A stretch of DNA of 64,000 nucleotides from Lobosporangium transversale (lineage: Eukaryota): assembly GCF_002105155.1 (NCBI RefSeq), contig NW_019029011.1, positions 124,001 to 188,000 of the forward strand, given 5' to 3'. Made by a program: the position numbers and the translations under genes. Shown piece by piece: positions 14,328-25,338 of the stretch. Each line of letters begins with the position of its first letter. The first letter of the stretch is position 1. The notes below the pieces were generated by a model. It was not told the origin of the DNA and searched no databases. It worked only from the letters and a program-made list of their open reading frames with translations.

Positions 14328-15851
14328 ATGGGACTCCTCAGCTCACTTTTCAGAACCATCAAAGTCTTCTTTGCTGTGTGTCTGTTCTATTTCAAATTAG
14401 GATTCATCTACCTTGCAAGGGTAAATGACAAGAATATGTGCTCAGATGAATGAGGAAAAGAAACCCCTGTTTGCTACGCAGGTTTTAATAGAAACAAATG
14501 TTGCTATTGAAAATTTATTCATAATTAGTGGTATGAGCCTGCTTTGCGCACCCGAGGGAACTACAATCACACAATCATTGTTCTTGGTAAGGAAACAATA
14601 AAGAGGTGATGACAAGCAATTAGTTTGACCTTTGTTTAACCGTCCAACGGTGCTTGGGATGTTGTCAATAACAACATTTGATTATTTAATGATCTAGGCG
14701 ATGACCATGCACTTGGTGTTGGCGGCTACAGCACTATCATGGCTGGATCAGGTAGGGCTGTAAACTTGATGAAACATCCCTACAGTCTTTTTTTTTTAAA
14801 AAAAAATAAAGCGTATCCATTCTGATTCATTTTTACTGTGTTATTAAAGTGTAGGTGTCGCCCATAAGTTGGCTCGAGAAGTAGCCAAGGAAAATTCGAT
14901 TCGCCAATCATGGCAGATCTTCAATCGCGGAGAATACAAGGCCAGTACTGAGGACTGGCTCCATCCTGCAGATTCAGTATGTTTTTGTGACGAACTCCTC
15001 ATAGCTACCAAAGCTACTTCTTTCTTTTAACTCTGCATCAAAGAACAAAGAACAAAAGTAGCAAGCCTTACCGTCTTCTTTCAATATATATATTTTTTTC
15101 TTTCTTTATTTTTTTTAGAAACGGAAGGAGAGACCAGGACTGCTAACAAACTTGCTTCAAGATCCTAAATATCTCAAGGCTGAGATTATTATCATAATGC
15201 TTGGGTCCTATGACGCACTGTGAGCTATACTATTTAAGCTTAACTCATGTATTTATAATGTTATTATCTGGCTTCTCCTTCTAATTATGCTATTGATCAT
15301 AATTCGATAGGCAAAAAGATCCGTCATTGACCCCTCAGGACACGCTTCGCAACTTGGAATTGATTTGTCAGACATTAAGGAGGAGTGGCAATGAAAATAA
15401 GTCAATCTATCTCTGCACTATCCCCACTGCTGGCGATGATACCCATCTAAGCGAAGATAAAAGAGCCGACAACTTGCTGAGAAATCAATTAGTTGAAGCC
15501 TATCTTAGCAAGTAAGATTTTTTTCCCCAAGTGCAGTGAAATGTTAAGCTATTGTTATAAATTCTACAAATGCGATGCTAGCGTAATGTAGGCACAAAAA
15601 ACCAATCTCCATTCATCTTTCCATAAATATGCTTTGTTATTTATAGAAATACCGATGGTGTGCTTCCCGGACTACAGATTGACTTGGCAGGCAATTTTGA
15701 GATGAAGCGTAGAAACTTGTATTGGCAGGACGACAGACATTTTAGTGACATTGGGTATGCCAAAATTGCCAAGGACTTATTCGCTGTGATCAGATCAGAT
15801 ATGGTTAAGAGAGAATTTGCTCTCATTCGAGCAGACCTTGGTCTTTCATGA
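14328..15851 (+). CDS. SGNH/GDSL hydrolase-fold protein with N-terminal hydrophobic anchor; catalytic Ser absent
   Basis: Seven exons starting 14328-14420 and 14529-14586 splice in phase to MGLLSSLFRTIKVFFAVCLFYFKLGFIYLARWYEPALRTRGNYNHTIIVLGDDHALGVGG...IFNRGEYKASTEDW...IIIIMLGSYDAL...TLRNLELICQTL...IYLCTIP...YWQDDRHFSDIGYAKIA. This follows the order of SGNH blocks I, II, III and V. Confidence 0.75.
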
Positions 15852-15852
15852 T

Positions 15853-15884
<32 letters not shown>

Positions 15885-15984
15885 CCTTCTTTGATGATAC
15901 CGGGATTTATTCTTTTCATTAAAAATTACTTTATTTTGAGGCAGGATTGGGAATATGGTCTATGTTTATTTTTACAATCAATCT

Positions 15985-17223
15985 TCACTTTCCAGCATTA
16001 TTCAACTTCTTAATTTTGTACGGTTTTGCACGTTCCTTGCGTGACAAAGCCTCAAGGTCATATGGTCCCTTTACAGTCTTTGGATCTTTGATAATTTCTA
16101 CATTTCGATCTTTCCATTGGCTCTTTCGTAACTTAATTGGTCTGTTTCCAACATATTTCCCTAATTTTTTTTTAAAAAAAATAAAAATAAAAAAAATAAA
16201 AAAGCGAATGGTTAACGAAATGGATTAAGATAAAGGTAAATTACAAGGAAATTAACATATACACACCATCCATTTCTTTCCATGCGCGGGCAAAATCATC
16301 TGGCTCCGCAAAACTGATGAATCCGTATCCTTTGGTCTTTTGTGTCCTCTTATCTCGGACGACTTTAGCCTTCAAGAAGGACGGGTATTTAGAAAAGGTC
16401 TTAGTCAATAGCTCATCAGTTACTTCGTTACCCAAATCTCCTGCGAATAGTCGAAAGTCATCTAAGGTAATAGAACGATTTATCCAAAACTGTGAATCAA
16501 AGACCACCAAGAAACCATAATATAATAAATAAACAAACAAAAACCCAGGTCGAAAAAAAAAAATAAAAATAAAAAAAAAATAACATTGACAATGACAGTA
16601 ATGATAATAATAATAATAATAAACATCATGTAGTGTGTTTTGTCTTCAACAATATTAGTAAACGTACTCTCATCAAATTCTAGTAATGAAGCATCCTGCC
16701 AAATTTGCCCCGCTGCCTTTCGAATTACTGTAGCTGAAGCTTTTGCCTTGGCAGCACGTTCTTCTTCTTCTGCTTTAGCTGCTGCTGCTGCTGCTTCCTC
16801 TTGAGCCTTTTTCGGGTCCACAAAGAGTTTATTCAGATCCTCGTATTCGCTGTTTGCAATTGACGCACTGTTAATATAGGATTGCTTTGAACCCGTTCCA
16901 CCGACAGCTGCGGCATAATATCCAGAATTATGACTACGATAACCGCCTGTCCCTACACCATAAGCTCTATATCCTCCCGACCCAATCGTGGGTGGGGCTG
17001 TTGACCCTAACGACGCGGGTATTGATGATGGAGCGACAGGCCCTGTAGAATATGACTGTGACTGATACTGAGCATATGTTGGATCGTAAGCTGGTTGTAC
17101 AACGGTTGTTGTAGTAGCATTATAGGATGGATCCATGATATAGCCTAGTGATTCCCAGTATGCAATCTCCTCAGGAGTGTACTGATGCGCTGGAGCACTT
17201 GCTATTCCATGAATATATGACAT
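15985..17223 (-). CDS. RBM42: RBM42-like single-RRM RNA-binding protein (tri-snRNP associated)
   Basis: Exons 17223-16668, 16461-16267 and 16160-15985: RKAAGQIWQDASLLEFDENDFRLFAGDLGNEVTDELL...KAKVVRDKRTQKTKGYGFISF...AWKEMDGKYVGNRPIKLRKSQWKDR, the RBM42 signature. Confidence 0.92.
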
Positions 17224-17326
17224 TTTCTTTTTTCTTTTATTTTTTTGCGTGTCGCAAATAATTTAGCTTCACTAGATTCGAATTGCAGGCTGTCGTTTTC
17301 ACTTTTCCGGATGAAGGTCAAATAGC

Positions 17327-18165
17327 TAGGCTCGTCACCAGCCTGAGGTGCACATGCACGTGCTGAAAGGCAAATGTGGCTTGCTCTTGCAGACACTTCT
17401 CTCAGGCTGGGACTAATTGACATTTTGGCTGGAGGTCTCTTTTTTAAATTTGAAAAAATTTCCGAGTCAAACACACCGCTAGGAAAGGCTCTTTTTTTTC
17501 TAAGTCATTTACACCACAGGGAATAGCTTTTTTTTCTTTTTTATTTATTTCTTTTAATTTCTCTTTATTTTTTTAAAGATGAGAATGATGAGAGGTAAAT
17601 TTCGTAATGATAATCGGATGAGTAAATGAGATTGTGAAATGAGAGCAAGAAAAACAGTAGCGTACTTCACATGTAGGTCATTTTCCTGTGTTCTGTAGGA
17701 CTTTGCTTGAAAAAAAATGACTAAAAAAAAAAGTGGCCAAAGAAAAAAAAAGCTATCCCCTGTGATGTAAATGACTTAGAAAAAAAGAGACCTCCAGCCA
17801 AAATGTCAATTAGTCCCAGCCTGAGAGAAGTGTCTGCAAGAGCAAGCCACATTTGCCTTTCAGCACGTGCATGTGCACTAGGCTCGTCACCAGCCTGTGT
17901 GGCTTATGTGCATTGCACTAACGCTCACTGACAGGCTGGGGCCAAACTTGAGATTTTGGGGGGGTCAACATCTAGCGGCATATTTCGACTTAGAAAAAAA
18001 AAAAGGACCATTTCCCCGCCGTTTGTACGACTTAGAAATTTTTTTTGAAGAAAAAATGTTGACCCCCCAAAATCTCAAGTTTGGTCCAGTGCAATGCACA
18101 TAAGCCACACAGGCTGGTGACGAGCCTACATGTGCACTTGAACTTCGTCCTTAGGCTGGAGCCTA
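17327..18165. mobile_element. Non-autonomous TIR element (MITE A) with 9-bp TSD; hosts nested MITE B
   Basis: Flanked by the direct repeat TCAAATAGC (17318-17326 and 18166-18174). Ends are TAGGCTCGTCACCAGCCT and AGGCTGG-AGCCTA (5-nt deletion at the right end). Perfect inverted arms of about 98 bp at 17348-17445 and 17781-17878, plus inner imperfect arms at about 17486-17535 and 17742-17790. No coding capacity. Confidence 0.9.
17879..18128. mobile_element. Nested MITE B (250 bp) inserted in the right TIR of MITE A
   Basis: Perfect 41-bp TIRs (17879-17919 and 18088-18128) beginning TAGGCTCGTCACCAGCCTG; second inner IR at about 17939-17971 and 18056-18087; 9-bp TSD CATGTGCAC at 17870-17878 and 18129-18137. 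Confidence 0.93.
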
Positions 18166-18798
18166 TCAAATAGCAATAGTATAATTTAAAAAAGACTAAG
18201 CCACTTAGGATCAGGATTTGGTGGCAATATCACTAATTCCAATCAAAGGTGGACTGGCTCCTTTGATTGGCCAATCCAGCCATGGCAAATATATCGATGG
18301 TTGCTAAAGGTGCTATTAAATCAGGTGCGTATGACCCTGTTGCTTAATAGCTTAATAAACTTTTTGTAATTGACAACGATCTTATTTTTATTTATTTTTA
18401 TATTTTTTTTTTTGATAACAAGGACCCACGAGGTCATTTAGATGTTAGTTTTCATCGTTATTATTATTATTCTAATAATGCCTCTATCATTTTTAGCCAT
18501 TAAGGGTCTCCCTCCATCGCACATTTCTGAGCAGGAACTATATTACTAACGTAGATGGTGGGGATTAATGTCTATTTCCTGTTAACAAGAACCCACAGGG
18601 GTGTGGCATTTATTTTACAATCTCGCTCAGGATAGTTATATTGTCCTCAACTATGAAATAAGCGAAACTCTCAAAGTTTGCACGGTATGGCTGTGAACAA
18701 CCTATTCGTATCGGTTAAATACAAGCCATAATATTGAAATTGGATGTGGTCTCCATGTGACTGTTGGGTGTGTTTATAACAATACACACACCAATTCA

Positions 18799-20236
18799 AT
18801 GGCAGCATTTTTTAACGTATTGACTTCAAACATGAATACGAACAAACCAATGCAGGACATGGAGGTGTGTCAAGGAGGATCTGTAGACAACAGTTTAAAT
18901 TGCCAAAAAAAAAAAAAAAAAAAAAAAAGGCAGGTCTGTTAACTAAAACTTGGGATTTACTTCGTTTCTCGTTTCATATAGGTTCAACCCTTCCCAACGG
19001 ATAGTATATCAGAAATCCAATTTTCACCGCAGGCAGATTTTCTGGCAGCATCGTCATGGGACAACAATGTATGTCAATCAAGACATTTGGTAGCCCTTCG
19101 TGATATTCCTTCCATGCTCACTTTTTTTTTATACAGGTTCGTATATATGAGATCCAGTCAAATGGAACAAGCATCGCAAAAACTATGTACTCACATACTG
19201 CGCCAGTATTATGTTGTGCGTGGAGTAAGGTAAAAAACACCTTTATTTATTTATACTATTAAAGCTCCTGAAGTTTTAAAGTAGACAAATACTAAACATT
19301 TTTATTTATTAGGATGGAACGAAGCTCGCCTCGGGTGGCGCAGATAAGATCGGAAAACTTTTTGATGTTTCAACAGGACAATCAACACAAGTAGCACAGC
19401 ATGATGCGCCAATCAAGGAAGTGTGTTGGGTGGATGGACAGAGTCCCATATTGGCGACTGGAAGCTGGGATAAGACAATTAAATATTGGGACGCACGTCA
19501 ACCCACACCAATCTCATCGATCACACTTCCAGAGCGTCTTTACACCATGGACAGTGTCTTTCCGTTGCTTGTTGCTGGAACTGCTGATCGTCACGTGCTA
19601 GTCTATAACCTTAGCAACCCTACGACGCCATTCAAGTCCTTGACAAGTCCTCTAAAATGGCAGACCAGGACGATTGCCTGTTTTCCGAACGGAACTGGGT
19701 ATGGCATAGGCAGCATTGAGGGACGAGTAGCGATTCAATATGTGGAAGATAAGGATGCAGCGAACAACTTTTCATTCAAGTGCCACAGAGAAGGAGGGAC
19801 GACAGCACGGGATAAAGCAACCGTTTATTCCGTTAACTGTATTAATTGGCATCCAATCCATGGAACATTTGCAACTGCAGGTGCTGATGGAGTATTTTCA
19901 TTCTGGGACAAAGATTCGAGGCAGAAACTCAAGTCGTTCCCTAAAGTTGGGAGTCCCATTTCCTCGACATGTTTTAACCGCAATGGAACAATATTTGCCT
20001 ATGCGATAAGTTACGACTGGCACAATGTAAGAAACTTTTTATTGTGAAGAATATAGGAATGGTGTTGTGCATTGTTTCGATAAATCTATCTTTATTTTTA
20101 TTTTTATTTTTATTTTCCTGATGACGCATCTCAAACTTTTGTTCTATAGGGCCATACGGGTGCTTCACCGCAGAGTCCAAACAAGATCATGCTGCACTCA
20201 GTCAATGAAGTTGATGTGAAGCCAAGGAAACGTTAA
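18799..20236 (+). CDS. RAE1: RAE1/Gle2 WD40 mRNA export factor
   Basis: Five exons. DSISEIQFSPQADFLAASSWDNNVRIYE, LATGSWDKTIKYWD, SPLKWQTRTIACF, GSIEGRVAIQY, FSFKCHR, FATAGADGVFSFWDKDSRQKLK and FAYAISYDW, ending KPRKR*. Confidence 0.95.
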
Positions 20237-20347
20237 GTGTATTATAAATTTAGCGAGAAAAGTCGTACAATTCTCCCCTTCTGTCAACTCTTTACATTTT
20301 GGCATATCTACAGGCCGTTACTGCTCTTGACTCCACCCTTCTCTTCC

Positions 20348-20380
<33 letters not shown>

Positions 20381-20640
20381 TAGCACCTCATAATAAACCA
20401 GCAGACGAACTACTTCTGTCGACAGCTTCACACACTATCGCTTTTTTTCTTTATAATGCACGACAAAACTATAGCAAAGTACTCATGAAGGATTCGAAGC
20501 TACTTCTTTCTTTCTCTGCCATTTCAAGAAACATGTGTATGAACACCCAATATTGAGTTTGATAGTCTTTTTGATGTGCTCGTAGTACTGCTCATCGCTG
20601 CTGCCGTCGCTGTGGAGCTAAAGGTAGTATTAGTTGTGTT

Positions 20641-21673
20641 TTATTTGTTCTTGGATGCCATCTTCCTGGGATCGCCTTTGAAATGTCTTCTGAGAACGAC
20701 CCAAGTAGCCATGAGGATGGTGAAGGGTGGGAAATAAGCAAGGTATGTCCAGAAAGGATTAGGCTTGATAGTATCCATAACCTTGAGAGTTGAGATTCTG
20801 AGAGTCTCTAAATCAGACGTGTTGTAAATTACATGATCCGCATAATCTACTTTTTCAATTAGTGGCCTCTGCGCATTAATGCGCGCCAATGCATCTGACT
20901 CAGAAAGTCCATCTCGGTCTTTAATCCGAGCAAGTTGCACATCAGGAGGACTAAAAAAAAAAAAAAAAAAAAAAAGGCACAGTGCGGGAACCAGAGTTAG
21001 AATAAAAAAGGAGCTATCCTGTTTGCAACACAGACAGAGACTTGTAATCGTGTGAGATTTGGCTGTGCCAATTTCGAGTTTACCAGTAAACCACGATGAC
21101 ATCACTGACAATCCTCCAGAGTTCACCCTCCAGCAATAATGGGACATCAATGATGACTAAGGCAGTCCCCTTGATCCAGTACTTGAACAATCGCTTCAGA
21201 ATCTCATCTCGGACCGCAGGATGGATAATCGAGTTGGCAACTCGCCTCTGAGCAGCGTCTGGGAAGATAATAGTTCCAAATTTATACCGATCCAGAGGTT
21301 GGCCCCATTGTTGATTCTGTAATATTTCCGTCCCAAAGTGATCAACCAGCTTCTTGTAAGCTGGATGAGATGGCTCAACCACCAGCCGGGCAAGCTTGTC
21401 ACAATCGATCACTGGTATGCCCAACGTCAAAACTGTGGAAACCACTGTGGATTTCCCTGGATATAAAAGGGAAATTGTTCGTCCCCAATGTCAGTTAAAA
21501 TTTAATAAACATTAAAATAAGGGTGGGGAAGGAAATTGTACCCCAATCTGATTTTCTCTAAGCTTGAACGAATTTTTGTTTGTTTTATTTCAAGTACAAA
21601 TTCAAAGGAGCGACGACAATCGGAAGGGGTACTTGCCTGAGGCAATTCCGCCTGTGAGTCCGACAACCTTCAT
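20641..21673 (-). CDS. CAB5: Dephospho-CoA kinase (Cab5/CoaE) with C-terminal hydrophobic segment
   Basis: MKVVGLTGGIASGKSTV P-loop (across a GC-AG intron at 21636-21457), IPVIDCDKLAR, IIHPAVR, IDVPLLLE, QLARIKDRDGLSESDALARINAQ, ADHVIYN. Confidence 0.93.
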
Positions 21674-21836
21674 GGTGAATGGGGAATGTATTGAATGTGT
21701 TTAAAATGCGAGAGTTGAAAAATCATCCCAACAAAAAAGAAGTATTGCTGTATGATAGCAGTTGAAGAGCCGCACGGATATCTCTTGTTCGTTTATCATG
21801 TGATTATGCACCTCTTGTCCATGCATTTTTTTTTTA

Positions 21837-22510
21837 GGGTGAATCTATTTGACAACCCCCCTAATTTAGCAGTCACACCGGCTTATTTGTCATTTGACAA
21901 CCCGGGTTGTCAAAAAAAGAAGAAAAATTGTCTTTTTCAACCTGTCACATGACAAGTCTTCACCATCTTGCACTTTTGGAGGGCCTTTCTCAGCTGGATT
22001 TCTAAAATGGTGGCAACACTCCATTATCATGACTGTGGTTATAGCTTCTTCTGTCTCTCTTTTTTTTCCTTTCCGCGTCTTACGCATGCGCCATCAAGCG
22101 TCGCATAACCACTCCGAATTTATGCATGCTTATATATCCAAAAACCCCTTAGTGCATGTTACCCGTATAGGCACATTTTCTATAAAAGCAAACCCTTGTT
22201 TTAGAAATCAGTTGTAATAAAAAAACAACACCTCGTAACCAAAAAAAAAAAGTTTGTTATTTGATGGAAGCTTTTAGATTGCTGGAGGGATTTCATGTTG
22301 CTGAGGGATAGCAATAGAAACGATTTTCACATAATAATCTTGCCAATAAAAAAGGGTTGTCAAATAATAGTGAGCTTGGGGTTGTCAAATTAGATATTTT
22401 ACTATTTGGCAACCCCGGGTTGTCACGCAAAGAAAAAAAATTGAGAAAAATAATTAAGGGGGGGGTTGTCAAATAAGAGTGACAACCCGGGTTGTCAAAT
22501 AGATTAATTC
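21837..22510. mobile_element. Mutator-like MITE (MITE C, 674 bp) with repeated TGACAACCC sub-terminal motifs
   Basis: Left end GGGTGAATCTATTTGACAACCC versus right end (reverse complement) GAATTAATCTATTTGACAACCC. TSD TTTTTTTTA at 21828-21836 and 22511-22519. Multiple TGACAACCC/GGGTTGTCA copies near both ends. Confidence 0.8.
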
Positions 22511-22583
22511 TTTTTTTTATTACTCAATAAGCGAACACAAAAGATTTAAGGGTAGACCATGCTCCCAAAGAGCCTTGTCTACA

Positions 22584-24299
22584 CTAGGTAGGTCGGCCAC
22601 GAAAATCAAGCGCATACTTCTCAAAGAACTGTTTTGCATTACATCCGCGAATGCCCGCCACTTTCTTAAGATCACCCGACTGAAACTTGGCATGACCTTC
22701 ACTAATGTAGTCAAGCAATTGCAGAATGAGGCTCACTTCCGTATCATTGGGTGGATCCAGCCGAGGCCGTCGACACTCAGGTTTCTTGAGCTCTTTATGG
22801 TTTCGCTCGGAATCATCTGTACCATTTGAACAACCAGGTAGACCACATGGCTCTTTATAATCTTTCTTCACGTTTTTCCCACCTTCATCACCGTAGCCGT
22901 CTCCCTTCCATTGCTCTTCGCCTCTTAAAACTGATGAGGAGACTGGAAGCATGGAATCAAAACTTGGCTTATGTGCACGAACTCCAAACGCGAAGTTGGC
23001 GGCTTGTTGGAACAGGCGCAAAGCACAACTGATCCCAGGAATATCCGTGGCAATAATACGAAAGTATTCACTTTTATGAGGCTTGCGAAGCCTGCAGAGG
23101 TACTCCTTGAGCGTATTTCGATCAATTATCTTGTAGTTGATGGGCAGAGGAATCTTTGTTTGTATATTTCAAAAAAAAAAAAAAAAAAAAAAAAAAGATT
23201 AGACAAAGCATAATAACAAGCAGCAGGTTGAAACGGCGTATGAAGAACCATCCCAAACAATCATATACATTGTCGTCATCAGCAGAACTGCATCCTTTCT
23301 GCTTTAATGCCCGAGTTAGTTCATCAGCAAGTTTAGGTCCAGTGACAGTCTCTGGCCCGGTCAAAGTGTATATTTGTCCGTCAAACCTGTCCGTGCCGCC
23401 AGTCGGCTCCACTAGGCCAGTCAAATCCGCGGTAATGGGCTTTGTGATATTGCAGACTTTTCTATTGTCCCCTTCGCGATCCTCATCATAAACTTGCTGA
23501 TGATCAGTGGCTGAGGGGAACATGACAGCTACAAGTGCATCACCAAGATTGGCAATGTCCAAGGGCGCGAACTCGATATCTTGTCTAATAGTCATCCCTA
23601 AAATCCCTTCTTTTTGGACCATCTCCGCCCAATAGAATAAGGCTTGGAATGGGAAGCCCTCTCTAATAATAATAAAAAAGATGGAGCAAATATCCTTATC
23701 ATTTCATCAATCATCTTTTTTATCATGTTGATGGTTCTGATTTATCGTAAAAAATAATTTATTAAGCTCATATACCTCAAGATGGTCCAGCGCTGAATAG
23801 ATCCCTTGACCTTGTCTTCAACAGTTGAGAAGCGTCGCAGTTGGTCCTTGTCCTTTGCATCAGTACCAATACTCGAGATGACGATACAGCGCAAGACTTT
23901 CTCTTGCACCATAGCGTCGACCAGATTATTGGCCCACTCCTCACGCTGTGGCTCAATCTCAGGGACGAGAACTACAGTTTGAGTGCCACGGAGAGCGATT
24001 GTCAATGATTCGGGGTGATCATAGTTTATCTGGATTACCTTGCAAACGGGTCGTTCCTTGATGTCACCAACTTTTTCGATGTCTCGAGCTAAACAGATCA
24101 GTTGCGGAAGGGAACCATTGAAGCTATCCTGAAGACTGTTCTGAAAATATTGTTCTTCAAGATGAGTGGCCAGTGCTTCAGCTAGGAGACGACCTTCATA
24201 TGAGTCACAGGCGGTGATAGCTAGTGTTGGAGTATCCATTTTAAGCTGTAAATCGCTAGATTTTTGCGTTGAATTTACAGAAATAGCATGGGATGTCAT
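22584..24299 (-). CDS. NmrA-like / atypical SDR Rossmann-fold protein
   Basis: Exons about 24299-23776, 23662-23270 and 23153-22584. TLAITACDSYEG, YDHPESLTIALRGTQTVVLVP, LVDAMVQEKV, WTILREGFPFQALF, FAPLDIANLG, IYTLTGPETVTGPKLADELT, FFEKYALDFR. Confidence 0.75.
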
Positions 24300-24774
24300 G
24301 ATGACTGTGAGAAGAGATGTAACTAAGAAAAGTTGGAGTGAGTAAAGAAAGTGTATGTTTAGGCAACGAGAAGAAAAATACCTCGCGAAAATCCTATTTG
24401 GTGTGATTAGAAGCAGATATGATTGTGCAGAGTGAAGTCAAAGAGACGAAAAAAAAAAAAAAAAAAAAAAAAAAATGCCACCAATGTTTGCTCATATCCG
24501 CTCATATCAATGGCCTCTTTCAAGGCATTTCTCTTAGATCAGCCGACTCTGGCCACATTTCACTTTTATCTAGATACGATTATTGCGATGAATCGACATC
24601 TCTTTGTTTCGGCTATCTCGATTATTCATATATTTCATCTCCAAAAACTCCGCTAGTTGTCTCCTGTCGGCTCTGATGTCCCCAGCACGGCTACAGCATT
24701 GTCCTATTCAGGTCTCTTCTCAAACCTTGTCAAGCACCTTCGACATCGATACAAACCATTCTTTTGTTGTACCT

Positions 24775-25106
24775 CTGCTGGGCTTTGTATCAGGCAAGAT
24801 CCCAATTCCTTGACAGCTCCTGAGGATGAGGATCCTCTGTCCCCTTTCCACAAGCGTTCGCTTGATTCCTTTGGCGCGGCTTTAAGACTAGCGAAGGCCC
24901 TTGGTGTCGGAGACGAGCTCCTGACTCTAGGGGCAACGCAGATGTTTTACCGTTATATATATATATAAACGCAGATGTTTTACCGTGATCTAGTTGCAGA
25001 TGAGTTTGAGAAAGTGGAGAGGGACCGGCTTAAAAATCTCTATGTACGGTACGAACAGGGCCATTATTTTGCTCTAGAGGTTGTGAAGTCCTTCCAGCCT
25101 CTATAA
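24775..25106 (+). pseudogene. Short relic reading frame interrupted by a (TA)n insertion with a 19-bp duplication
   Basis: Protein-like frame ...EDEDPLSPFHKRSLDSFGAALRLAKALGVGDELLTLGATQMFYR / DLVADEFEKVERDRLKNLYVRYEQGHYFALEVV. It is continuous if the 33 bp at 24954-24986 are removed. Family not recognised. Confidence 0.35.
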
Positions 25107-25338
25107 TCAGGTTCAAACCCCGAAGTCGTTGTCAATAAGAAACCAGGTGTAAAACATGCATTTTGAATTTACCAAACCTATTCAGCGCCTGTTATTCTGT
25201 TCCTTGCATTTTGCGAAGTATAGCTTTGGATGAAATGTATACTTCACGAATACAATGTCAACTTTTATGAACTTTTATGGGAGAGAGGCTTCAGGTTCTA
25301 TGTTTTTTTAGCCCTCAAACATTTTAATTTGCCGATTG

